From assembly GCA_038087875.1 (NCBI GenBank), contig CM075997.1, forward strand, positions 2,110,001 through 2,174,000: 64,000 nt of DNA. Direction: 5' to 3'. The DNA comes from Malacoraja senta. Lineage: Eukaryota. Both the position numbers and the translations under genes were made by a program. Positions 28,801-39,867 of this stretch are shown here, piece by piece (position 1 is the stretch's first letter; the number at the start of each line of letters is the position of its first letter). The notes under the pieces are model-generated. The model was given only the letters and a program-made list of their open reading frames with translations. It made no database searches and was not told where the DNA came from.

Positions 28801-31800
28801 AATTGAGTGTGTTAACGTCAGTCATTATTGAGCTATTTGATTACGTTTTTAAAGTTCTGATAACCATCTGAACTTGTTTCACTCAGGCTATTATGACCAA
28901 TAATTCTCAAGTATAAAGTCTGTCTAGCAGCCAGTAGTGCATTTTTCACTGCATGGTTGCCTTGTATTTGTTTTTCCTAACCAAAAAAAGTTACAATGCT
29001 GTTTTACTTTCCCCAAAGTGGGTTTTATATTGACAGGTTTTATTGATTGAACCAAAAATTAGTTGATAAATGTAAATTGAACAGCGGGAGGCCTTCAAAA
29101 GGACATGGTGCTGATAGAATGTGGATACAATTTCAAAACATAGATTGGGACTAATTGGATAACTATCAAAGGGCTTGAGAATAGAAGTCACTGTGGTATT
29201 TTGTGATCACTACACTTCATAAATTAGCTGAGAAACATGCTACATTGTCATTTCCCCATCAGGTAAATGCAGCATAGGTTTTGGTATGATAAACCAAACA
29301 TTGAAACAGGTCCACTAGGGTGATTTTTTTTTAAACTTCGAAGCTCCGAGTAAATCCTAACAACACTTGTCACATCTTGCATCTACCATTCCTAGATTCT
29401 GACTCCGTGGGCCAACTAAGTTCTGATGGCCATTCTTCAGGATTAGAGGAGGACGAGGAACAGTGCAGCACAATACCGCAGCAATTACATGCAGCAAAAA
29501 CTCCAGATCAAGAAACATTCCTCAAACACAACTTTGAAGCTCTAGCTAATGACTTTTCTCATGGTAAAAACTTGTAGAAAAAGTTGTTTTCTTTTCTCCA
29601 CATTGTTCAAACTAATTACATGCATGTGCATATGACTAAAATAGGTTTGTTAATTTGCAGAGAAATTTGACAACTCGTTGAAAGATGTTCAACGAAATGC
29701 AGAAAATGAGAATAACTTCTTCCTGAATCCTCGTTTAAGTATTTCGGCTCGATTTCTGTCCCGCTGCCAGAAAAGCAGTAGGTTAGTGTTTGACATTTTC
29801 AAAGACATAGGTATAATAATATTACTTTGTGAAACTGTTATTGTATTCTTTATTAGATTTTAGCAATCCTCTTATATTAAGGCTAATCTGAACTTTGTCC
29901 AAGAGATTATTGGAAAAGGAAGTTGAGGGTTGCAACACCTGTGTATAAAATCCCTAACGTAATGCTTGTTCGTCACTGGTTCAAGGCCCAGCATCTGTCC
30001 TATAACACTCCCACATTTGTTCTGAGGTTTAAAATTAATGAATTTAATTGTAGGTCTATGCTTAAAGTTTGAGTCCTTTCTACATAAATTTATTATAGCG
30101 CATCATATTATTCATAGGCCGGCTACCCAGAATGGGTGAAGCACTCTAGACAGTTGCTTTGCACTCGCTGAAATTGTGCAGGGGGGGGGTGGGGGGAGAT
30201 AAAGAGTGGCTGTGGGAGAGAAAGGTGGGGAGGGGGGAGAAAGTGTGGGTGTGGCAGAGAAAGGAGTGGTGGTGTGGGGAGGGGGGTTTGTAAGAGGCTA
30301 CTTAAAATTGCTGAAATCAATGTTCATACTTTGAAATCTGTATTCTTATCTTAGCATTTTGAAGAAACACATTTTAAACTAGGCTAATCTTGCAGTGCTT
30401 AGAATAAAGCTCATGTCAGATAATATTCATCCACCCATTTATACACATTTTTAACAGTTACACTTGTAGCTCACTTCGCACTCTGGTGCATTCCCAGGAA
30501 TAAGAATGTTAACGGAATCTGCACTGAAAGGGATCATTATAGCGCTATATAAATAAAATGTATTATTATTATAGGATTATGTATGTAAACGCGTTACTTA
30601 CAGCACTTCTTTGCCGGGAACCTGGCATGAACCCTGCCCTCCTGCTGCCAGTGCGCTAACATCTTGGTGTGAATCCAGCTAATAAAACCACTACTCAGTT
30701 TGGAGAGGAGAAGTGTTGAGACCAGAGCAAGCGATCTGACTCCTCTGTGCTGAGATGTGGAGCTTGGGTGCAACATAGCTGGCACCATGACACACGTCAT
30801 CTACTCCTTGTTGACAGACACTCCAGATCATATGGTCTCTCCCATCTTCTCCTGTTGGAAGTGATGAAACCTGCTATCTCCATTTTTTGTTTGGCTTCAC
30901 AGCTTTCCCCTAGCCTAATATTTTTTTATATATCGTTGGGTTTGTGGCCATGGAGGAAATTATGGAGCAGCTGCTTTCAGTCCTTGTCAAGGATGTGAAT
31001 TCACTGTGCTGATCAGGATTCAGCCCTGACAACCACATCTCAGCACTAAACAACTGCACTGCTTGGCAAAACACCAACACTCACTGGCAGTCCTGTACAC
31101 CACCACCACTATATTCTGGGTGATTCATTGTTGAGTGGGCAGCAACAGAACATTTAGGTGTTTGCGCAGCACCTACAGCCCAAACAGTGCCTGTTCACCT
31201 TTGGACTGGAGGACAAAAACATTATAACATAAGTGTGCAGCAAGAGAGTGCTGGTTGGATACCTGTGTAAGAGTAACGATATCTCAACTCTCTAATTTGA
31301 TCAATTACATACAGTAGGCTAATTACAAAGGCATTGCAGCATAAATTGGTGACAAAAATCTGGGACCATTTTGCCCACATGTGAATAGACAACGATCATT
31401 ATATGCAGTTCTGGGAGTTGAGGACCAGATATTTTGGGGTTACAGATTAAATTAATTTTGCTTTTAAGAAGCATTACATTCAGGTGGTTTAAGAATATGC
31501 TCACGGTAATTTCTACTACTGTAAGAATGTAAATTAAAGCATTGTGACTTCTCTCTTTTCCTGCAGGATAGCAACAGCTTTCCCTGCCAACTTCCACCAG
31601 CATAGCAAACATTTGCAAGAAGTGAGTGGCTAATTTTGGATTAGTTGTCATTTTCGAGTGAGATTGAACAGTTTATGTAGTTTCCTGCTGTTTTGTTTTA
31701 TCGCGTTCAAACCAAAGCTTGTGCAAGGCACTGTGATGATCAAGCTTCCAGCCCAGCAACCAAAGGCATGAGTTAGAATCCTGTTGCAGACGAGGAATTT

Positions 31801-34800
31801 TAGTTTGCACGTTCTTCCTGTGCCTGCGTAGGGGGTTTCCTCTGGGTGCTCCGGTTTTCTCCCACATCCCAACGGTGTGCGGGGTTTGTAGATTAATTGG
31901 ACACCGTGTGAAATTGCTCCTAATATGTGGGGAGTGGATGAGAAAGTGAGGAAATCTAGAGCTAGTGTGAATGGGTAATCAATTCTCCATATAAAATTCT
32001 TATTGGTTTTGGACAGGCTATATGCAGGAAAAATGTTCCCAATGTTCGGGGAGTCCAGAACCAGGGGGTCACAGTTTAAGAATAATGGGTAGGCCTTAAA
32101 GGACAGAGATGAGGAAAAACCTTTTCACCCAGACAGTTGTGAATCTGGAACTCTGCAGTGGAGGCCAATTCACTGGAAGTATTCAAGAGTGTTAGATATA
32201 GCTCTTAGGGTTAATGGAATCAAGGGATTTGGGGAGAAAGCAGGAACTGATTGTGGATGATCACCCATGATCATATTGAATGGCTGTGCTGGCTCGAAGG
32301 GCCAAATGACTTACTCCTGCACCTATTTTCTATGCTTCTCCATTACAGTTGAAAGATCACTAAAGGCTGCCACTGGCTTTACATTCTCAGATTCATCGTT
32401 GGATCTAAGTAAAGCTAATTCGTCCCCAGAATGGAACTATTCATTGCTTTAAGATTGCTTTGTGAAATCCTGAATAATCAGATCCAAATCAATAATCAAA
32501 CTTCGCACCAGATATTTGTTATGCTCTACATTTTCAGTTGTATTAGAGAAAATGGATTTCTTAAGTTCTGTTAAATATTTTACATTCATGTAAATATAAT
32601 TATTGGAACTTTGTCCGGGGAAGGTTATAGCTGCATGTTCCAGAGTTTTTGGAAAGCAATCTGCAGTGAATAACATATAATGGAAATAAGTTCCTATCAG
32701 TATCTGAGAAGAGCTTGCAGCTAAATACCCTTCATTTACTTTTTTTGAACATTTCATATTATGCATTTTCAGATGTATTTATCCATCTCTTTATTTTAAA
32801 TAAGAAGTGATATGCTCATTGATGGCAATGTTCAGATAGAATAAAGTAGCTCTAAGTGATGGAATGCATTTCCCATGGAAGCATTTTATTAATTAACAAC
32901 TCGATTGAAAGCAAAGCATATTTGGGAAAAATATCTTATCTTAATTATTTTTTTACTTCAGGCAACTTTCAAGCCTTTGCAGTTATGTGCTGAAGAGAAA
33001 CCTTCTGTACAAGTTACTGGAGCAGATGTGCAGTCGTCTTTCAATGGGACAGAAATTCATGACGGTGGAGAGAGGAATAGTGTTGAGATAGTGATCAGTG
33101 GGAATGAAGGTGGTACAGAATCAATGAGTGCAAGTGCTGAGATGCCCCTTGCAGTGCCTGCGAAGAAAGATATTACAAATCATGAAAGAAGTCCAATGGG
33201 TAGAAGATCAGCCTCGGTCAAGGACTTGATACGAGCAGGTAAGATTTGCCCTAATGTTTGCTATTACTTTCCATTAGAGCTATCTCTCCAAATAAACAAC
33301 TTCTGATGGTAAAATCGTTTTTAACATTTTTTCTATTACTGCAAGTACATTAAATATTTCCTATTTTATTTTCAATTAGAAGAACAGCCATCGTCACCTT
33401 CATTCATAACAGCTTCTCAATCAAACAAACATGATATGCAAGTGAACGAGGAGACAGGTGCCAGATTGTCGCTGAATGGCAAAATAAATCTGTTTGCTGA
33501 TTCCCTTGCATCTAAGAACAAATCTGGCAGAGCCAGGTCCTACATGTATCCAACTGCCAGCTTCAGAGCTAAGATGTCACGTAGTGTATCTGTGGGAGAG
33601 AACCTGAATCTGAAAACCTCAGGACAGTCGAGTGGTATGAGTTTGCCCAATTCCAAAGCATCATCTACTATAGATTTGACAACCGAGGCAGTGATGGGAT
33701 CCATTCCAAGTGAAGTTGGTTCAATTGAAGATTCTAAAGAAATAATGTTGGCAAAACAAATATCGCAAAGTGGTACTTTATCTTATGGGAACCACCAAGC
33801 TAGAGCTAACTTGACCCTGAACCTTTCCAAAATTCATACGGACAAGTTGCTGATGCCTCCTCCAATAGCTAATGGTGTTGCAGTTTCAAAGGTTAAACAA
33901 AAGCTACGAGCTGCTCAAGATTCCGCACGCTTGTCATCCGCTGCAGTTGCACCATTGCAACCAGCGTGTTTATCTAAAAAGTATCACGGTCCCCGTGACC
34001 ATGAGGAAAACGTGACCAGTCCAAGCGTGAATTCATTGGAAATCCGAAAGCGAAAAAGTGAAAGTTCGGAGCAGTGCAACAGTTCAGGGGATGCAGCAGA
34101 GCACACTTTGGATGGATGTCAGTCGTCGGATTCATTCACCATTGCAGCACAACTTAACTGTGTCAGTGCCAACAGAGATAGAATGAGTAGTAATTCCATG
34201 ACTATCTCAGAAAGAAACAGTTTCATGGTGGAAGTCCCCAACTCACCTGGAGAAACTCCGGAGGTTGAAGAGGAGACAAACAGTGAAGCAGGTACTATAA
34301 TTTCTAACGTTTTTTTCATTACTTCTCTGACCTAGAATATTTTATCATTTTTTATATTTTGGGGACCAAAACAATCTTTATACTTTATCAGATTTGTATG
34401 TGTTTATTCCGCTTCCATTTAATATCCTCTTCACAATGTTATGCTAATTTTATGCTAATGTGCCTGAACCTTGCTGCTTCTGTCCAGTCAACTAACAAGG
34501 GTATGTTTTGCTGGGTAATCGGGTGCTTCTGCTCCCTACGGCAATTTGATGTTCATGAGTATAATCTTACTGTTTTAATTATTTATTTATATAAATTGTG
34601 TTTCCCAAAAAGGTTGGGTATGGCACCCTAGTGGTTAGATTAATGAATGATTCCAGAAACCTGACCTGCAGAGTCCATTTAGAACAGTTCAAATTCTGCA
34701 TGGGTACTGGGAAGTTTAAATTTGTGGTTGTGTCTGGAAGAGAGAGCTAGTCTCAATTAGAGGGGCTATTAAACTATCGGATGTGCATAGAAGGAAATCT

Positions 34801-37800
34801 GAGCTAAATTCAAATGCATGACTAGCAGTAGTCATTGTATATTGACCAAGGCAGGAAGGAAACCAGTTGAATTTAGTCTGCTTTGTTCAGTGACACTAGA
34901 TAAATGTTAGTACTCTGAATTAATCTTGGTAAATGTTGTTTACACTCCTCTGCAAATTGCTTGCTGTCTCTGTCTACCATTTTAATGAATTATCCTTCAG
35001 CTGAATTTTTTTTAGCTAATAACTTTGACCCATTTGACAGATGAATTTACTTCTCAAAAGTATCTTTTGAACTATAAGAATAATTATATGCAATTTTTGT
35101 ATTTTTAAGCCCTACATTTGGGTAGCTGGTTAACTCTCAATTTTTAAACATATGAAATTCTTAAGGGATTAGACAGGCTAGATGCAGGGAAAATGTTCCC
35201 GATGTTGGAGTCCAGAACCAGGGGTCACAGTTTAAGAATAATGGGTAGGCCATTTAGGACTGTGATGAGGAAAACCTTTTTTACCCACAGAGATGTGAAT
35301 CTGTGGAATTCTCTGCCACAGAAGGCAGTGGAGGCCAATTCACTGGATGTTTTCAAGAGTTAGATACAGCTCTTAGTAGCAATGTTACAAAATTTTGAGA
35401 TTTAAAAAATAAAGTCTGCAATTTATCCCATCAGATAAAGCATAAAAAGAAGTTTAATTTGACACTTAATTCACTTTCATATCTTCAGTATTAAAAAAGT
35501 TATGGCCATTATCATACTCAGAAATTAGCACCTTGTTCCCTATTGCTTTTCCATTGACTTAACACAAAAGCTGTGATCGAGGACAGTTAAAAGCCCATAA
35601 CTTTCTTAAAAATTATGGTAACTGAAAGAAATTTTCAGGTATTATAGATTGAAGCATTCTGAAACAAATATGAAACAATCTTACTTCGAAGACATGAAAG
35701 TAAAGCATATAATTAGTTAGTTACCTAATTGTAGCTAATTACAAAATTCCAATTACTAGATCTAAACATCTATCATTTTCTTAAGAATAGATTAACATTT
35801 TTAAATAGCCTAAGTGTCCAAATAACATTCACACAATAATTCACAATATAACATAATTTTTAAATCTAATTTTCATGAATTTACAGGCCAAATGGAAGGA
35901 ATTGAATGTTTAATACCTGTAAATTAATGGGGATTTAATTCATTTTGCGAGTGAGAATTTCTGGAACGCGATCATTTGGAACGTTAATTTGCGGTGAATT
36001 TAACCCCGTATTGGCATGAAAAATACTGCCGTTAATTCGGGGAATAAAATCACCGTGTCGCATGACAAAATGTGAATTAAAGGCTTCTTAAGAAGCACTT
36101 TTATACATTTAAAGAAAGCACTTTTGTTTACCTATCCATTGTGTGAAATCCGTCCCCGTTATTGGCGTTGACGCTTCAGGAGCTGCTTTTAAAACTACTG
36201 TAGCGCTGACATTGACGATTTAATTTAAAAAAAAAATTCACAAATCGCCGGTAGGAACGATTTTGTCAGCGAAGTTTTGTACTCCAACAAAATATTTCCA
36301 GGACAAGGAAGGAGAAACCGCGTTTTAACCCCGCCCCCCCCTTAAAGGCGCCAAAATCGCGCACACGGCCAGTGGCAGAATTACAGCGCGACTGAAGGTA
36401 AGTTTTGTAACATACCTACTCTTAGGGCTAACGGAATCAAGGGATATGGGGGAAAAGCAGGAACGTGGTTCTGATTTTGGATGATCAGCCATGATCATGT
36501 AGAATGGGCGACGCTGGCTCGAAGGGCCGAATGGCCTACTCCTGCACCTTGTTTCTATGTTTGTGACATTTTTTGTTGCACTGCACCTTTTAAGGGCTAG
36601 TGGGATTTTGTTTTCCCTAATTTGTAATAAATGTTTACAGATCTTCCAGTCAGTGTCGAGAACTGTGAATATATCGTAAAGGAACTTCAGAACACATTGC
36701 AGAAGGCCGTACAAATGTATAGCAAGGTTTGTTGACAATGTTTCATAACATTTTATTTCATCACCGTTCTATATTAACTTTATTTGCGTCATATTTGATT
36801 GAGGATACACTCAGCTGACCTTTTGGAGTATTAGTCTGTTAGCAGTCGATGTATTTATTCCACAACACCACCATAAACAATTGATATAATTGATAAGCTA
36901 AGATGCTTAAAGAAGCTTACAAGAAGTGTAACAGATGAACATGACTGAAGCAATGTAATTTGATGTCTTTAACTGAGTGCTCCAGAAAATCTAACTGCAA
37001 GTTTCACTGTAACCTGAGGTTTTTAGACTTGTGGCTACTAAAAGGCCACTTTTTTTGGCTGCTCAAGTAAATGCTAGGTCCATTAGTCTATTAAGAAAAA
37101 GATCCAGTGGCTAGAGGACTAGGGCCTCTAGGCTGATGCAAATAGCCTTTTGGGGTTGAGCGAGCGCTATCCTACACACACTAGGGACAGTTTAAAATTA
37201 TACCAAGCCAATTAACCTACAAAACCTGTACGTCTATGGAGTATGGGAGGAAACCAGAGATTCCCAGAGAAAACCCACACAGGTCATGGGGAGAGCATTA
37301 AATTCCATGCAGACAAGCGCCTGTAGTCAGGATCAAACTTGGGTCTTTGGCACTGTAAGGCAGCAACTCTACTGCTGTGCCACCGTGCCGAGCTTTCTTT
37401 GAAACGTATCACGAAGAGTATGAAGAAGAACCAGTAAATTTAATATTTTGGATAACGTGCATAATTTGGATAACGTGCATAATGGCAAATTAATTGATTG
37501 TGTTGGAGGTGATCTTTTAACATGGATAGAGGATTGACTGACCAGCATGGAGTAGCAAATCAGTTTAGGGAATTGTTTTACGGTTGGCACTCCGCAATCA
37601 GTGGGTTACTGCAGGGATCAGAGACAAGCCTGCAGCTGTTTCATATATTATGATTTGGAAAGCGGAAGTGAATATATTGAAGCCAAATTTGTAGATATAA
37701 AGTTGGGTGTGGATGAGTGGAAGGCATACTGTGAGGAGGATGCCGACAGTCAGCAATAATCTAATTCGATAGGGGGTAAAAGTTGGGAAATGGAATATGA

Positions 37801-38643
37801 CATAAAGGTGATTTACTTTGTAAGAGAGAATTTTAAAACTGATATGGAGAAGAACTGAAAGCAATAGCATGAAGGGATTTATGGAACCTCGTATGCGAAT
37901 CAAGACTAGCATTCGGGTGGAGTTTGATAAGTTAACTACTAGGAGGATGTGTCCCTTCATGGGTGAATCCCAAGACCAGAGGGCGTAGTCCAAGAAAAGA
38001 ATATGAGGACGAATTTTTTTAAAGATTTGAGTCTTTGGAATTCCCTATCCTTAAACATTGGAGGCAGAATGCTTGAATATATTCAAAGCTGAGGAAAATG
38101 TAATTAGTAAGGAAATCAAGGATTAGATTATATAAAATGAGAAAGTAACCAAATAAATTTAGATTAGCCATGCTCATGTTGAATGGCTGATGGTAAGTTT
38201 GAAGAGCTAAATGGTATTTTGTTTCTTTCTAATGAGGGGTATAAAATCTGCTGTTTCTTGCTATTTATAATGTGTGGCATAATGCTAACCATAATTGGAA
38301 AACCAATATCAGCTGAGGCTGTAATGCCTTCTCTGCTAGGATTCAGTAGGAGAGTGAAATATATATTTGTTAAAAGTATTATTTCAATCCAATCTTGCAG
38401 GTGACATCCAGTGACACTGAACCGGAAGTGAAGTCCCAGATGACAACTATCCTGTGCGATTCATTTTCCTCTGTGAGGAAGCACTTGAACTCTGTAGCAT
38501 GTTTGCCAATTTCAGATGCTGTGGCAAACAAGTCGCCCTTCCCTTCAGAAACCCTGGATAATAGCAGGACGACAGTTCTGCTTGAGCACTATTCGGAACT
38601 GTTGATAGAAATGGTAACACAGAAACTGCAATTACAGAATTAG
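4730..38643 (+). CDS. WDR62: WD repeat-containing protein 62, multi-exon gene (30 coding exons in window; first coding exon not found, likely upstream)
   Basis: All 30 exons have AG/GT borders and consistent phases, and sum to 4791 nt, ending in TAG at 38641-38643. N-terminal WD40 repeats. Motifs I recall as WDR62-type rather than MAPKBP1: [83 protein letters not shown]-terminal LLEHYSELL. Confidence 0.93.
5806..5868 (+). CDS. WDR62: WDR62 exon 2 ([21 protein letters not shown])
   Basis: aag|...AG|gtaaga, 63 nt. Confidence 0.92.
7165..7222 (+). CDS. WDR62: WDR62 exon 3 ([19 protein letters not shown])
   Basis: tag|...GAG|gtgagt, 58 nt, WD40 motif. Confidence 0.92.
8580..8750 (+). CDS. WDR62: WDR62 exon 4 ([11 protein letters not shown]...NVWDWK)
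   Basis: cag|...AAG|gtagga, 171 nt. Confidence 0.93.
9245..9448. mobile_element. Penelope-derived inverted (hairpin) mini-element inserted in a SINE
   Basis: The arms match the sequence downstream of the GIY-YIG ORF at 63130-63192; 15-bp TSD GTCAAAGTGGACTCG (9230-9244, 9449-9463). Confidence 0.8.
9354..9388 (+). ncRNA. Minimal type I hammerhead ribozyme motif (Penelope type)
   Basis: gggt-CTGAAGA-gggt(ctcg)accc-GAAA-CG-TC-acct: intact core, stem II, palindromic ACGT in place of stem III, and a short stem I. Confidence 0.65.
9783..9920 (+). CDS. WDR62: WDR62 exon 5 ([11 protein letters not shown]...[14 protein letters not shown])
   Basis: cag|...AAG|gtaggt, 138 nt. Confidence 0.93.
10682..10864 (+). 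CDS. WDR62: WDR62 exon 6 ([20 protein letters not shown]...WLNLE)
   Basis: cag|...GAG|gtatgc, 183 nt. Confidence 0.92.
10959..11119 (+). CDS. WDR62: WDR62 exon 7 ([21 protein letters not shown]...LPKPHCLG)
   Basis: cag|...AG|gtaaat, 161 nt. Confidence 0.92.
11220..11409 (+). CDS. WDR62: WDR62 exon 8 (...[15 protein letters not shown]...IWNVE)
   Basis: cag|...GAG|gtatga, 190 nt. Confidence 0.92.
11563..11712 (+). CDS. WDR62: WDR62 exon 9 (VYPELED...[14 protein letters not shown]...)
   Basis: cag|...ACA|gtgagt, 150 nt. Confidence 0.92.
12719..12894 (+). CDS. WDR62: WDR62 exon 10 (DLIKIVYV...[17 protein letters not shown])
   Basis: cag|...AG|gtacaa, 176 nt. Confidence 0.92.
13607..13698 (+). 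CDS. WDR62: WDR62 exon 11 ([30 protein letters not shown])
   Basis: tag|...G|gtgagt, 92 nt. Confidence 0.92.
14018..16178. mobile_element. Non-autonomous hAT-like DNA transposon with a 5-bp TSD
   Basis: CAGGGCTCT...AGAGCCCTG termini; TSD CTATT (14013-14017, 16179-16183); subterminal GGTTGCC/GGCAACC repeats at both ends. Confidence 0.75.
16788..16913 (+). CDS. WDR62: WDR62 exon 12 ([14 protein letters not shown]...[13 protein letters not shown])
   Basis: aag|...G|gtactt, 126 nt. Confidence 0.92.
17197..17267 (+). CDS. WDR62: WDR62 exon 13 (..[17 protein letters not shown])
   Basis: tag|...AAG|gtaaac, 71 nt. Confidence 0.92.
17493..17614 (+). CDS. WDR62: WDR62 exon 14 ([23 protein letters not shown]...CQDRNIR)
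   Basis: cag|...AG|gtatgc, 122 nt. Confidence 0.92.
18036..18111 (+). CDS. WDR62: WDR62 exon 15 ([25 protein letters not shown])
   Basis: cag|...AAA|gtaagg, 76 nt. Confidence 0.92.
18899..19010 (+). CDS. WDR62: WDR62 exon 16 ([37 protein letters not shown])
   Basis: tag|...G|gtaacc, 112 nt. Confidence 0.93.
19618..19681 (+). CDS. WDR62: WDR62 exon 17 ([20 protein letters not shown])
   Basis: tag|...AG|gtgagt, 64 nt. Confidence 0.92.
20174..20296 (+). CDS. WDR62: WDR62 exon 18 ([23 protein letters not shown]...)
   Basis: cag|...AG|gtacgt, 123 nt. Confidence 0.92.
21114..21241 (+). CDS. WDR62: WDR62 exon 19 (RETFMVKK...acidic...[11 protein letters not shown])
   Basis: tag|...G|gtaaga, 128 nt. 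Confidence 0.88.
23509..23573 (+). CDS. WDR62: WDR62 exon 20 ([21 protein letters not shown])
   Basis: cag|...CTG|gtaagt, 65 nt. Confidence 0.9.
24427..24672 (+). CDS. WDR62: WDR62 exon 21 (EAGD...HPRGRWAER...FFKM)
   Basis: cag|...ATG|gttagt, 246 nt. Confidence 0.87.
27725..27897 (+). CDS. WDR62: WDR62 exon 22 ([19 protein letters not shown]...)
   Basis: tag|...AA|gtaggt, 173 nt; the phase fits both neighbours, but the sequence is poorly conserved. Confidence 0.75.
28449..28597 (+). CDS. WDR62: WDR62 exon 23 (DYQVKNPP...[14 protein letters not shown]...)
   Basis: tag|...G|gtgaga, 149 nt. Confidence 0.83.
29396..29563 (+). CDS. WDR62: WDR62 exon 24 (..[14 protein letters not shown]...[17 protein letters not shown])
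   Basis: tag|...G|gtaaaa, 168 nt. Confidence 0.9.
29661..29781 (+). CDS. WDR62: WDR62 exon 25 (KFDNSLKD...[20 protein letters not shown])
   Basis: cag|...AG|gttagt, 121 nt. Confidence 0.9.
31567..31621 (+). CDS. WDR62: WDR62 exon 26 ([18 protein letters not shown])
   Basis: cag|...GAA|gtgagt, 55 nt; needed to bridge phase 2 to phase 0. Confidence 0.8.
32962..33238 (+). CDS. WDR62: WDR62 exon 27 (ATFKPLQL...KDLIRA)
   Basis: cag|...G|gtaaga, 277 nt, inside ORF 32905-33306. Confidence 0.85.
33380..34291 (+). CDS. WDR62: WDR62 exon 28, large Ser-rich exon ([28 protein letters not shown])
   Basis: tag|...G|gtacta, 912 nt; overlaps ORF 33436-34335. Confidence 0.88.
35377..36418. mobile_element. 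Non-autonomous hAT-like DNA transposon with a 7-bp TSD, inserted in a CR1 3' fragment
   Basis: TIR TAGCAATGTTACAAAA / TTTTGTAACATACCTA; TSD CTCTTAG (35370-35376, 36419-36425); the CR1 sequence resumes seamlessly after it. Confidence 0.8.
36641..36726 (+). CDS. WDR62: WDR62 exon 29 ([28 protein letters not shown])
   Basis: cag|...AAG|gtttgt, 86 nt; C-terminal helical domain. Confidence 0.9.
38401..38643 (+). CDS. WDR62: WDR62 terminal coding exon (VTSSD...[21 protein letters not shown])
   Basis: cag|GTG...TAG; C-terminal loop-helix region of the WDR62/MAPKBP1 family. Confidence 0.9.
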   Translation: MTSSDTEPEVKSQMTTILCDSFSSVRKHLNSVACLPISDAVANKSPFPSETLDNSRTTVLLEHYSELLIEMVTQKLQLQN

Positions 38644-39861
38644 AAGACACTTCTGAAAACACAGATGTTAAAAGTGGCCTGGTTCTTGGGGGATTGTACA
38701 GCGCTCCAGTAAAGAAGCAGAATTCCTCATCAATTCATAGTTTGCTGTTATATTTTTAAGCTAGAAATTCTGTCCAGAATCCTTTGTGCTATTCGGAATC
38801 AATCCCTAATTCTTAACCCTTCGTTGCCACAAATGTAATAAACAGAAAATGTTTTATATTTTCAAGTAATTCAGGATTCTACCTCCCTCTCCTCCCCACA
38901 CTCCTAGGCAAAAAAAAAAAGAATTACGCTCACCTATACTGAGAAATAGGCTTGTAACTTTTTTAAAGTTCTCAATGAGAAGCTAACTTTGCTCTTTAAG
39001 TGTTATTTGTTTTGGAAAATGTGCAGTATTGATTTGTGAAATAGTCGCAAACCTGCAAAATATACAAAAGATGCAGCTAGCTCTATTATGGTTGGAGTTA
39101 AACTTGTCTCAAACTGCAACTTACCTCTAATTCTCCATATGTTTTAATATAATTATCCAATAGTTTCAATTGAATATGCACTATTATAAAGTGGTTTGAA
39201 AAAAAATACAGTTTTTTGTTTTTTTTAATTGGATTTAGATGAATAGGTCATATTTCACATCCCAGATACAGTATAGAGGTTAGCTTGTTGCATCTGACCA
39301 GTTGCAATAACAGCATTATGGTACATCAAAAATAATTTACAAGCTGGCTAACTGAATTTCAAGCTTGTGTATTTCAATTTTGTCTCTTGAAGGGAGATTT
39401 ATTATTATTATTATTTTTTTTTGATCTCCTGGCCCAAGGAATTGTCAACTCAAGCTGGTTTCTTGCATCCTTGTTGTTTTCCAAATATATATATGTATTT
39501 TCATGTAACTATTTTTAGAGCTGGTTTGAAATTTTAAAAAGTAGCCACATTTGTGAAATCTGTCGGAATTGTAAAATAATGGGGTGGGGAGAGAAAATGG
39601 TATTTGTCTTAATCAGGATTCTGATAGGCTTTTTCTTAAAATTGCATGAGTATTTTAAAATGCTATATGATCCATGTGGATACATTTGCTTTTCATGCTA
39701 CTGTACATATACATGTCTAAAGTTAGTTTTTACAATGCAATAATGTATTAAAATAGGCACAACCTGTTCTGAAATTGCATTATTTTAGGATTTCCTTTGT
39801 TGTAAATGCTTTTCTAGTTTGTGTGGAGATTTTTGTGAATCTCTTGCCTGAAATCTTTTGA

Positions 39862-39867
39862 AATAAA
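39862..39867 (+). terminator. Candidate polyadenylation signal of WDR62 (a proximal AATAAA also lies at 38837-38842)
   Basis: AATAAA at the end of about 1.2 kb of AT-rich, repeat-free sequence after the stop codon. Confidence 0.5.

Noticed and set aside
29245..29270. Intronic AG|GTAAAT ratchet-point-like site
   Set aside because: The intron is only about 0.8 kb and the motif is weak enough to occur by chance.
4730..38643. MAPKBP1 as the identity of the WD40 gene
   Set aside because: The paralog shares the WD40 region, but [32 protein letters not shown] and RANLxLxL match WDR62 as I recall it. A phylogeny would settle the question.
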